From the NCBI GenBank assembly GCA_017514345.1, contig JAFWKC010000041.1, positions 326 through 64,325 on the forward strand: a stretch of 64,000 bases of DNA, written 5' to 3'. Source of the stretch: Eubacterium sp. Its GTDB lineage: Bacteria; Bacillota; Clostridia; Oscillospirales; Acutalibacteraceae. Made by a program: the position numbers and the translations under genes. Shown here piece after piece: positions 29,046 through 37,685 of the stretch. The first letter of the stretch is position 1. Each line of letters starts with the position of its first letter. The notes under the pieces are model-generated. The model searched no databases and was not told where the DNA came from. It saw only the letters and a program-made list of their open reading frames with translations.

Positions 29046-29738
29046 ATGAAATTACACGGAATACAAAAAATGACGCTTCTCGATTTTCCAGGCGTCGTGT
29101 CCTGTACGATATTTTTGGGCGGCTGTGATTTTCGCTGTCCGTTTTGTCACAACTTTGAGCTGATTGACGGAACGGCTCAGCCGATTATGGACGACAGCGA
29201 GCTTATTGATTTCCTCAAAAGCCGCAAGGCGCTTCTTGACGGAGTGGCAATCACGGGCGGCGAGCCGTGCCTGCACAAAGACCTTCCAGAGCTTATCAGG
29301 AAAATTCGCGCAGAGGGCTACAAGGTGAAGCTCGATACTAACGGCTACCATCCAGAGCTGCTCAAAGAAATTCTCGACGAGGGAATAGTCGATTACGTTG
29401 CGATGGATATTAAAAACTGCGAGGAAAAATATGCCCTTACGTGCGGACTCGACACAATAGATATGGATAAAATAAAAGAGAGCATATCGCTTCTTATGAA
29501 CGGTAGCGTTGAGTACGAATTCAGAACGACCGTTGTTGACGAGCTTCACGATGAAGAGGATTTTGAAAAAATCGGGGAGCTTATCGGCGGTGCAAAGCGC
29601 TATTACCTACAACGCTTCACCGACAGGGACTCCGTTCCGTTCGGAAATCTGAGCGCGCCATCGTTTGAAAAAATGCGTAAATATGCCGAAATTGCAACAA
29701 AATTTGTAACAAATACTGAATTGCGCGGCGTTGAGTAA
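29046..29738 (+). CDS. nrdG: Anaerobic RNR activating radical SAM protein
   Basis: GCDFRCPFCHN, TGGEP; directly upstream of nrdD. Confidence 0.9.
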   Translation: MKLHGIQKMTLLDFPGVVSCTIFLGGCDFRCPFCHNFELIDGTAQPIMDDSELIDFLKSRKALLDGVAITGGEPCLHKDLPELIRKIRAEGYKVKLDTNGYHPELLKEILDEGIVDYVAMDIKNCEEKYALTCGLDTIDMDKIKESISLLMNGSVEYEFRTTVVDELHDEEDFEKIGELIGGAKRYYLQRFTDRDSVPFGNLSAPSFEKMRKYAEIATKFVTNTELRGVE

Positions 29739-29818
29739 TCACTATATATTGTGTATAAAAAATTTTTTTATTAAAATTTGCGGAATATATTGACAAATTG
29801 TCCTCTTACTGATATAAT
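29739..29818 (+). promoter_or_regulatory. NrdR-box-like palindrome and consensus promoter of nrdD
   Basis: TCACTATATATTGTGT (29739-29754); TTGACA-N17-TATAAT (29790-29818). Confidence 0.7.
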
Positions 29819-29868
29819 ACATTTTGCACGACAAAAATGACAAAAGTATTACAGTAAGAGGAGTTTTT

Positions 29869-32262
29869 ATGTATCAGGTAATTAAAAGAGACGGCAGTGT
29901 TACCGATTTTGACATAAGCAAAATCAGCGCCGCAATTGCAAAAGCCTTTGAAGCACAGGGCAAAGAGTCACATCCAAGTATTATTGATTTAATTGCAATC
30001 CGAGTTACTGCGGATTTTGAAAGCAAGGTACAGGACGGTAAGGTTTCTGTAGAGGCTATCCAGGACAGCGTAGAAAAGGTGCTTTCTGAGTCGGGATATG
30101 CTGACGTTGCAAAAGCATACATTCTTTACCGTAAGCAGAGAGAAAAGGTTCGTAACATTAATTCGACCCTTCTCAACTACAAGGAAATCGTTGACAATTA
30201 TCTTAAAATCAACGACTGGCGCGTTAAGGAAAACGCAACCGTTACTTATTCAGTAGGCGGTCTTATTCTTTCAAACTCAGGCGCAATCACAGCTAACTAC
30301 TGGCTCAGCGAGGTTTATGACGAGGAAATCGCAAACGCTCACCGTAACGCAGAAATCCACATTCACGACCTTTCTATGCTTACTGGCTACTGCGCTGGCT
30401 GGAGCCTTAAGCAGCTCATTACAGAGGGCCTTGGCGGCGTTACAGGCAAGATTACGTCTTCTCCTGCAAACCACCTTTCAACGCTTTGCAACCAGATGGT
30501 TAACTTCCTCGGCATTATGCAGAATGAATGGGCAGGCGCACAGGCATTCTCCTCTTTTGATACATATCTTGCTCCGTTCGTTAAGGTTGACAATTTATCC
30601 CAGAAAGAGGTTAAGCAGTGCATTCAGTCCTTCGTATACGGCGTTAATACGCCGAGTCGTTGGGGTACACAGGCTCCGTTTTCGAACATCACTCTTGACT
30701 GGGTAGTTCCTAACGACCTTAAAAACCTTCCTGCAATCATCGGCGGCAAGGAGATGGACTTCACCTACGGCGACTGCCAGAAGGAAATGGATATGGTCAA
30801 CAAGGCGTTCATCGAAATTATGATTGAGGGTGACGCTAACGGACGCGGCTTCCAGTATCCTATTCCTACTTATTCAATCACACGCAACTTCGACTGGAGC
30901 GAGTCAGAGAACAACAAGCTCTTATTTGAAATGACGGCTAAATACGGTACGCCGTATTTCTCAAACTATATTAATTCCGATATGGAGCCGAGCGACGTAC
31001 GTTCAATGTGCTGCCGTCTTCGTCTTGACCTTCGCGAGCTTCGCAAAAAGTCAGGCGGCTTCTTCGGCTCAGGTGAGTCGACTGGTTCAATCGGCGTTGT
31101 AACAATCAACCTGCCGAGAATTGCATATCAGTCAAAGGACGAGCAGGAATTCTACAAGCGTCTTGACCACCTTATGGATATCGCGGCCCGCAGCCTGAAG
31201 GTAAAGAGAACTGTTATCACAACTCTTCTTGACCAGGGACTTTATCCTTACACAAAGAGATATCTCGGCACCTTTGCTAACCACTTCTCAACTATCAGTC
31301 TTATCGGTATGAACGAAACTGGTCTTAACGCAAAATGGCTCAGAGCAGACCTCACTGACGACAGCGTACAGCGCTTTGCAAGAGATGTTCTCAATCATAT
31401 GCGTGAGCGTCTTTCGGATTATCAGGAAAAGTACGGCGACCTTTACAACCTCGAGGCAACTCCTGCAGAGTCGACAACGTACCGCTTTGCTAAGCACGAC
31501 AAGGAAGCCTTCCCTGATATCATCACAGCAAATATGAACGGCGACCCGTACTACACGAACTCGTCACACCTTCCTGTAGGCTACACAGAGGATATCTTCT
31601 CTGCGCTTGATATTCAGGACGATTTACAGACGCTTTACACGTCGGGTACAGTATTCCACGCTTTCCTCGGCGAAAAGCTTCCTGATTGGAAGGCTGCTGC
31701 AAATCTTGTACGCAAGATTGCAGAAAACTACAAGCTTCCTTACTACACGATGTCACCGACATATTCTGTATGTAAGGACCACGGTTACCTCACAGGCGAG
31801 CAGTACACCTGCCCGATTTGCGGAGCAAAGACGGAGGTTAACAGCCGTATCACAGGTTATTACAGACCTATCCAGAACTGGAACGACGGTAAGGCTCAGG
31901 AGTACAAGGACCGTAAGGTTTACGATATCGGCAGGTCAAAGCTTACTCACACAGGACCTAACCCTGCTCCTGTTGATTACGTTGAGCCTGAGGCAGTAGA
32001 GGCAGTAGCAGCAGACGAAGTTGCTGCAGGCGACGAGGGCGTAATCCTCTTCAAGACAGCTACTTGTCCAAACTGTAAGGCTGCCGCTGCGCTTCTTGAC
32101 AAGGCAGGCATTCAGTATACAGCACTCAACGCTGACGAGCAGCCCGAGCTTGTTAACAAGTTCGGCATCAAGCAGGCACCGACGCTCATTATCCCGAACG
32201 GAGAAGGATTTGAAAAATTCCGCGGCGTATCGGACATCAAGGGCTGGTTAATGACTCAGTAA
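29869..32262 (+). CDS. nrdD: Class III ribonucleoside-triphosphate reductase with ATP cone and C-terminal glutaredoxin-like domain
   Basis: VIKRDG ATP cone, SMCCRL finger loop, YNLEATPAE, CKDH...CPIC Zn site, RITGYY glycyl loop, then linker and TATCPNC domain. Confidence 0.93.
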   Translation: MYQVIKRDGSVTDFDISKISAAIAKAFEAQGKESHPSIIDLIAIRVTADFESKVQDGKVSVEAIQDSVEKVLSESGYADVAKAYILYRKQREKVRNINSTLLNYKEIVDNYLKINDWRVKENATVTYSVGGLILSNSGAITANYWLSEVYDEEIANAHRNAEIHIHDLSMLTGYCAGWSLKQLITEGLGGVTGKITSSPANHLSTLCNQMVNFLGIMQNEWAGAQAFSSFDTYLAPFVKVDNLSQKEVKQCIQSFVYGVNTPSRWGTQAPFSNITLDWVVPNDLKNLPAIIGGKEMDFTYGDCQKEMDMVNKAFIEIMIEGDANGRGFQYPIPTYSITRNFDWSESENNKLLFEMTAKYGTPYFSNYINSDMEPSDVRSMCCRLRLDLRELRKKSGGFFGSGESTGSIGVVTINLPRIAYQSKDEQEFYKRLDHLMDIAARSLKVKRTVITTLLDQGLYPYTKRYLGTFANHFSTISLIGMNETGLNAKWLRADLTDDSVQRFARDVLNHMRERLSDYQEKYGDLYNLEATPAESTTYRFAKHDKEAFPDIITANMNGDPYYTNSSHLPVGYTEDIFSALDIQDDLQTLYTSGTVFHAFLGEKLPDWKAAANLVRKIAENYKLPYYTMSPTYSVCKDHGYLTGEQYTCPICGAKTEVNSRITGYYRPIQNWNDGKAQEYKDRKVYDIGRSKLTHTGPNPAPVDYVEPEAVEAVAADEVAAGDEGVILFKTATCPNCKAAAALLDKAGIQYTALNADEQPELVNKFGIKQAPTLIIPNGEGFEKFRGVSDIKGWLMTQ

Positions 32263-32272
32263 AATAATAATG

Positions 32273-32301
32273 AAAACGGGAGGGCTCTTCCCTCCCGTTT
32301 T
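32273..32301 (+). terminator. Intrinsic terminator
   Basis: AAAACGGGAGGG-CTCTT-CCCTCCCGTTTT. Confidence 0.75.
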
Positions 32302-32324
32302 GTTGACATAACGAGGTAAATAAT

Positions 32325-33233
32325 ATGTACGATATAATTGTTGTTGGCGGAGGACCTGCTGGAATGACTGCGGCGCTTTATGCACAGCGAAACGGCAAAA
32401 GCGCGCTTGTAATCGAAAAGGCAGGCTTCGGCGGACAGATTACTCATTCACCGAAGGTTGAAAACTTTCCAGGCTCGCTTTCTATCAGCGGCAACGAGCT
32501 TGCCGACAAGCTTTTTTCACAGATACTTGAGCAGGGCGCCGAGTTTGAAATAGAAACGGTATGCGCCATTGAGCAGAAGGGCGATACAAAGCTTGTAAAA
32601 ACAGAGGAGGGCGGCGAGTACGAATGCAAGGCTGTCATTATTGCAACGGGCGTTAAGCACCGTATGCTCGGCCTTGAGGGCGAGGACGACCTCGTAGGCG
32701 AGGGAATTTCCTTCTGCGCCGTGTGCGACGGCGACTTTTACAAGGACAAGACAGTTTGCGTTGCAGGCGGCGGAAACTCCGCGCTTCAGGAGGCAATACT
32801 CCTTTCTGACAAGTGCAAGGAGGTTATTATGCTTCAGGACCTCGACTTTTTCACAGGCGAGGAAAAGCTGCAGCAGGTGCTTTTTGCGCGGGATAACGTC
32901 AGCGCTCATACGGGAGTAAAAATCACAAAGCTTCTTACAAACGGCGGCGAATTTGCAGGCGTCGAAATCGAAAAGAACGGCGCAAAAGAGGAAATCAGCT
33001 GCGACGGACTTTTTGTAGCAATAGGTCTTATTCCAGAAAACGAGCCTTTCAAAGAGCTTGTCGACCTTAACAGCTACGGCTACTTCGATTCTGACGAGGG
33101 CTGCCTTACAAAAACTCCTGGAATATTTGTTGCAGGCGATTGCAGAAGCAAGAATATTCGTCAGGTAACAACGGCTGCCGCCGACGGCACAATCGCCGCT
33201 CTTGCAGCCTGCAGATACATAAATGAATTATAA
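32325..33233 (+). CDS. trxB: Thioredoxin reductase
   Basis: GGGPAG, CAVCDG, GGGNSA, FVAGD. Confidence 0.9.
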   Translation: MYDIIVVGGGPAGMTAALYAQRNGKSALVIEKAGFGGQITHSPKVENFPGSLSISGNELADKLFSQILEQGAEFEIETVCAIEQKGDTKLVKTEEGGEYECKAVIIATGVKHRMLGLEGEDDLVGEGISFCAVCDGDFYKDKTVCVAGGGNSALQEAILLSDKCKEVIMLQDLDFFTGEEKLQQVLFARDNVSAHTGVKITKLLTNGGEFAGVEIEKNGAKEEISCDGLFVAIGLIPENEPFKELVDLNSYGYFDSDEGCLTKTPGIFVAGDCRSKNIRQVTTAAADGTIAALAACRYINEL

Positions 33234-33246
33234 AAAATAACCCCTT

Positions 33247-33458
33247 GGGGCACCCTACGTAAATAGGGTTAGGTTTTGTAATTCCTTTATGACCTAAAAC
33301 TACTTTGCCAAAACTGCTTTGCACCCAAAAATGAGCATATTTTTGGGTAGAACAAAGCATAAAATCACCGTAAGGCTGACGCCTTGCGGTGATTTTTAAT
33401 ACAGTTATAGCGAAAAAGATGCCATTTTTGGGCTGACACTATTTATGTAGGGCGCCCC
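33247..33458. mobile_element. MITE/REPIN-like insertion within a terminator
   Basis: 18-bp TIRs GGGGCACCCTACGTAAAT / ATTTATGTAGGGCGCCCC; removing the element restores the hairpin CCCCTTGG-N8-CCAAGGGG. Confidence 0.55.
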
Positions 33459-33487
33459 TTGGAACCATATCCAAGGGGATTATTCTT

Positions 33488-35518
33488 TTATATTGTCTTT
33501 TTCATTGTAAGAATATTTTTGTCGTTTTCATAAACGTACGAAACGCTGTCCATATTCTTTTTCACAAGGAAAATGCCGAGTCCGCCGATTTCGCGCTCGT
33601 CAGCAGAAAGCGACGTGTCAGGGTCTGCCTTTTCAAGCGGATTATACGGAGTGCCGCTGTCAGTCAGCGTGATTGACACCTCTCTGCCGTCGATAGTAAG
33701 CTCAATTGTCGCTTTTCCCGTTTCGTCGCCGTAAGCGTAATTTGCAACGTTTACAAACGCTTCCTCAAGCGAAAGGTCAATGCTCATCTGCGTTTTCATC
33801 GAGCAGCCGTTTTCCTCAAGAAACGCGTCGACAAATTCCGTAACTGTATGAAGGTTTTCGTTCGTCGCGTCAACGGTAAGCGAATTATTATCATTTTCTT
33901 TAAGCTCAACGCACAGCATAGTCATATCATCGAACTGCGGTGCGCTTCCTACGAAGTTGTCAACGCTTTTCTTTACGCCATTAATTATTTCCTGCGGCGA
34001 AGCGTCTTTGTATTCGTTGAGCGCGTCAATCATTCCGTCGATAGTGAACATCTTTTCGTTAGCGTCAGTCGCTTCGGGAATACCGTCGGTGTAAATAAAG
34101 AGCTTGTCGCCTTCGTTAAGCTGAATTTCAAATTCTTTATAAACAAGTCCCTTCATAGCGCCAAGCACAAGACCGTGCTTGTTTTTCACTATTTCAAAGC
34201 TGCCGTCCCTGCGGTATATTGCAGGGTCATCGTGACCTGCGTTTGCCGCCGTAATTATGCCTGTTTCAGTATCGATTATTCCAAGCCATACTGTAACGAA
34301 CATATCCGCCTTGTTGTGGTCGCAAATCCTGTCGTTTACCTTAGTCAGAACCTCTGCGGGATTTCCCGTAATGCGCGTAGCTTCGCTGATAAGAATGTTT
34401 GATACCATCATAAACAGCGCGGCTGGAACGCCCTTGCCCGAAACGTCGGCAATAACAACTGCAAGGTGCGTTTCGTCAATCAGGAAGAAGTTGTAATAGT
34501 CGCCGCCGACCTCCTTTGCTGGAGTCATAGAAGCGAAGATGTCAAAATCAGTCCTGTCAGGAAAAGCGGGGAAGGTGTTCGGAAGTGAGTTTTCCTGAAT
34601 AATGCTTGCTATGTTAAGCTCAGCGCCTATTCTCTCTCGCTCTGCCGTAGCAGTTTTCAGGTTTTCAACGTAATCCATCATCTTTTCTTCCATAGTATCG
34701 ATGGATTTTGCAAGCGTCGTTATCTCCTCAAGTGTGCTGATACCGTCGCCGAGCTTTTCGCCCTGCGTGTTTTCCTCAGCAAATCTGTGCGCTTCGGATA
34801 TTACGCGCCTTATCGGCTTGATGAAGCTCCATTTGATGAAGTTCGCGGCGATAATAGCAGCTACTACTGAAAAGAATATTGTCGAAATTGCAACATTCAG
34901 AAGATACGGGAGCGTGCCGTCGTGTAGCTCTCGCATAGGACGCTGTATGCAAAGCAGCGAAACAACCTCGCCTGATGAATTTTTAATAGGCACAAGCGTG
35001 GTTATGTGCGCGTGCAGACCGTTAAGCTTAGTGGTTCTGTAAACAGTTTCAAAATCCTTCTTCTGCGAGTAAAGCTCGATGTATTTTTCGCGGTACTCTT
35101 CGTTAGTCGTTTCGCGCTCAAAGCCGAGCTCCCATTCTGTATACTCGGTATTGTCAACAGAGTTGTTAACGCAGTTGAACACGGATACAAAGCTGCCGTA
35201 ATCTTTTTTGTCAGGCTTTATGACGTAAATAATCGACACGTTCATTTTTTTGCAGTAGGTGTCAAGATATCTTTTCGTCTGCTTGTATTCGTCATCAATT
35301 CCGTTTTCAAGATAGCGGTCTATGCTGTCGCCGTTAACGAGCGTTGCGGCAGTCTGCGCCATATGAAAGGTCGACGTAGAATATTCTCTTTTGAATGAAT
35401 TTGTAAAGCTGACGTAGCCTATAATACTTACAACCCAACTGAACACAAGCATCAGCAAAACGAGCGCACCGATGATATTGAACGCCAGGTTGGATCTGAA
35501 TTTTTTGAGCATATTCAA
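33488..35518 (-). CDS. Membrane sensor: HAMP + SpoIIE/PP2C phosphatase + RsbW-like HATPase fusion
   Basis: Two TM helices around a ~170-aa loop; VGGDYY, ADVSGKG, NAGH, YTDG, DDMT; then EEAFVNVANYAY, DSGTPYNP, GGLG. Confidence 0.9.
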   Translation of the reverse strand: MNMLKKFRSNLAFNIIGALVLLMLVFSWVVSIIGYVSFTNSFKREYSTSTFHMAQTAATLVNGDSIDRYLENGIDDEYKQTKRYLDTYCKKMNVSIIYVIKPDKKDYGSFVSVFNCVNNSVDNTEYTEWELGFERETTNEEYREKYIELYSQKKDFETVYRTTKLNGLHAHITTLVPIKNSSGEVVSLLCIQRPMRELHDGTLPYLLNVAISTIFFSVVAAIIAANFIKWSFIKPIRRVISEAHRFAEENTQGEKLGDGISTLEEITTLAKSIDTMEEKMMDYVENLKTATAERERIGAELNIASIIQENSLPNTFPAFPDRTDFDIFASMTPAKEVGGDYYNFFLIDETHLAVVIADVSGKGVPAALFMMVSNILISEATRITGNPAEVLTKVNDRICDHNKADMFVTVWLGIIDTETGIITAANAGHDDPAIYRRDGSFEIVKNKHGLVLGAMKGLVYKEFEIQLNEGDKLFIYTDGIPEATDANEKMFTIDGMIDALNEYKDASPQEIINGVKKSVDNFVGSAPQFDDMTMLCVELKENDNNSLTVDATNENLHTVTEFVDAFLEENGCSMKTQMSIDLSLEEAFVNVANYAYGDETGKATIELTIDGREVSITLTDSGTPYNPLEKADPDTSLSADEREIGGLGIFLVKKNMDSVSYVYENDKNILTMKKTI

Positions 35519-35531
35519 AATTGCTTTCTTA

Positions 35532-35828
35532 TTATTCTATCGTTAATATATCCGTAAAGCCCGTAACGTCAAGAATATCCATTACGTCGCTTTGTACGTT
35601 GATAAGCTTCATAGTGCCGAGTGTGTTCATAAGCTTCTGAGCCTTGAGCAGTACCCGCAGTCCTGCAGACGAGGTGTAGCTCATATCCTTGACGTCGAGC
35701 ACAAGCTCCGTAACGCCGTCTGTGTTTTCGTCAATGCACTTTTCAAGCTCGGGTGCAGTCGTTGTATCAACTCTGCCGATTATTGAAATAACGAGTTTTG
35801 AGCCTTCTTTGTTCAAATTGATATCCAT
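35532..35828 (-). CDS. STAS-domain anti-anti-sigma-type protein
   Basis: 98 aa; GRVDTTTAP, YTSSAGLRVLL (phosphoacceptor Ser). Confidence 0.9.
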   Translation of the reverse strand: MDINLNKEGSKLVISIIGRVDTTTAPELEKCIDENTDGVTELVLDVKDMSYTSSAGLRVLLKAQKLMNTLGTMKLINVQSDVMDILDVTGFTDILTIE

Positions 35829-35843
35829 ATATGTTCTCCTTAA

Positions 35844-36986
35844 TTAAAAGTAAAGTTTATCGGTTGTCGGAACGGTTTTAATAAGATAATCTTTGCAGAA
35901 ATCTATCGTAGGCTTATGCTCTGCGCTGTCAATACCGAACCTCTTAATCTGTCTGCGTAAAACACGTGTGTAGCAAATAATTTCTGACATTTTGACAACG
36001 TCGTCAAAGCTGACGTCAGTACCCTCAAAATAGTATTTGAAGGTTGCGTCAAGAAATGCAACACAGTTTTCAGTTGAAATGCCGAGGAACCTTGAACAGT
36101 TCTCCTTGTCAACGCACGAAAAGCCCTTGTATGCCGCATAAATTGCCGCAAATTCATATATCGGATGACCCATAGCGAGAGTGTCCATATCGATAAGCAG
36201 GTTTTCGCCGTTTTGCTGCATAATGTTTTTGATGTGATAGTCGCCGTGAAGCATTGTGTCTGTTTCTGGAATAGCCTTGAACAGCTCAACAAGCTTTGCG
36301 CCCGTTTCCTCTGGTAGATAAGGCAGGCAGTATTCAGCCCAGCCGATTGCTTCTGTTTTTTTGCTCGGAAGCTCGCCTGGCTTAAGCGTCGTTGAGTGAA
36401 TTGTTTTGAGAATGTCAACGCTTGCCTTTGCAAGCGCGTCAACCGATTCACCCTCGTTAATAAGCTGTGCGAACGATTTTGCGTCAAGAAGCTCGAATAC
36501 GGAGCCGTAAAGGTCGCCTACCTTAACAACGTCATACGGAATAGCAGTCGGAATTCCCATAACGAAGGCCTTTCTTGCAAGCTCGCGCTCGTTGTGTATT
36601 TCTGCAAGCGAGTCAGGGCTCTTGTAAACCTTTACGATGGTGTCTGGGTCAGTACGGTAAACGATACCGTTTGCGCCTTCGCCAATGACCTCGCAGCCTT
36701 CGATAGAAAGCTTACGGTACGCCTTAGAAATATCCATCATTTCGGTAAAGCCCGTCATATCAAATATTTCATAAACCTCTGAATTACAGTTAATAACCTT
36801 TGTGGTATTGTTTGATTTTTTGAGTCTGAGAATTACTCTCAGTCCTGCGCTTGATATGTATTCAAGCGCGTCGGCGTCAAGCATAAGCTCGCCGTCAAAA
36901 TCACCGATTTCCTGTAAGATTTTCTGTTCTGTTTCTGCGGCGTTTGCCGAATCAATTCTTCCTGTGAGTTTAATAATCTTTTCCAT
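35844..36986 (-). CDS. STAS domain fused to an APH/choline-kinase-like phosphotransferase
   Basis: N-terminal GRIDS...YISSAGLRVIL; then IGEGANGIVY, VKVY, HGDYHIKN, LIDMD. Confidence 0.8.
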   Translation of the reverse strand: MEKIIKLTGRIDSANAAETEQKILQEIGDFDGELMLDADALEYISSAGLRVILRLKKSNNTTKVINCNSEVYEIFDMTGFTEMMDISKAYRKLSIEGCEVIGEGANGIVYRTDPDTIVKVYKSPDSLAEIHNERELARKAFVMGIPTAIPYDVVKVGDLYGSVFELLDAKSFAQLINEGESVDALAKASVDILKTIHSTTLKPGELPSKKTEAIGWAEYCLPYLPEETGAKLVELFKAIPETDTMLHGDYHIKNIMQQNGENLLIDMDTLAMGHPIYEFAAIYAAYKGFSCVDKENCSRFLGISTENCVAFLDATFKYYFEGTDVSFDDVVKMSEIICYTRVLRRQIKRFGIDSAEHKPTIDFCKDYLIKTVPTTDKLYF

Positions 36987-36997
36987 ATTCGCTCTCC

Positions 36998-37564
36998 TTA
37001 GTTACAATTATCAAATACTGCGTGAACAAGCGCTTTATATTCTCTGTATGCGGGATATTCGCTCAGCTCGCTTGTGTAATCGAGTATAGTTTCGTGGTAC
37101 CAGCGCTGTTCGCGCGGGTCTGTTTCATTAAAGCGTTCAAAAATCGACGGGCCGACCTTTTCAAAATCGCGCGACAGCGAACGCATATTTGAAAGCTTAT
37201 CGCCTATCCACAGCATTTTAGTTTCCGTGCTGCCGCAGTTTTTTAGCACCTCAAGGCTTTCAACCTTCCTGATTTTCCAGGTATCCCTCGCATCCTGCTC
37301 TGGCCTTTTGTTCTCCGTTTCGTGAGCTACAAGCTCTGCAACCCTTTCGCCGAAGTTGTCAAGAATATCCTGTTCCGTAACAGGCGTGTCCTCAACCGTA
37401 TCGTGAAGCACAGCCGCCGCAAGTACTTCGAGGTCGTTTGTCATCGTTCCGACGATTGCCGCGTCCTCAAGCGGATGAAGAATATAAACTCCGCCGTCCT
37501 TACGCGTTTGTCCCTCGTGAGCTTTCAATGCAAAGACTACAGCTCTTTCAAAAATATTGCTCAT
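36998..37564 (-). CDS. Stand-alone HD-domain protein (RelA/SpoT hydrolase / Mesh1-like)
   Basis: AHEGQTRK...YILHP, LHDTVEDT, GDKLSNMR. Confidence 0.8.
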   Translation of the reverse strand: MSNIFERAVVFALKAHEGQTRKDGGVYILHPLEDAAIVGTMTNDLEVLAAAVLHDTVEDTPVTEQDILDNFGERVAELVAHETENKRPEQDARDTWKIRKVESLEVLKNCGSTETKMLWIGDKLSNMRSLSRDFEKVGPSIFERFNETDPREQRWYHETILDYTSELSEYPAYREYKALVHAVFDNCN

Positions 37565-37685
37565 AGACATCTCCAATTTAAAATATGATATATCATTATA
37601 CAACATTTATATTTAAAAGTCACTATTTAATTGAAAAATATAATTATATATGTTACATTTTATATATAAGCTGGGAGGTGACAGC

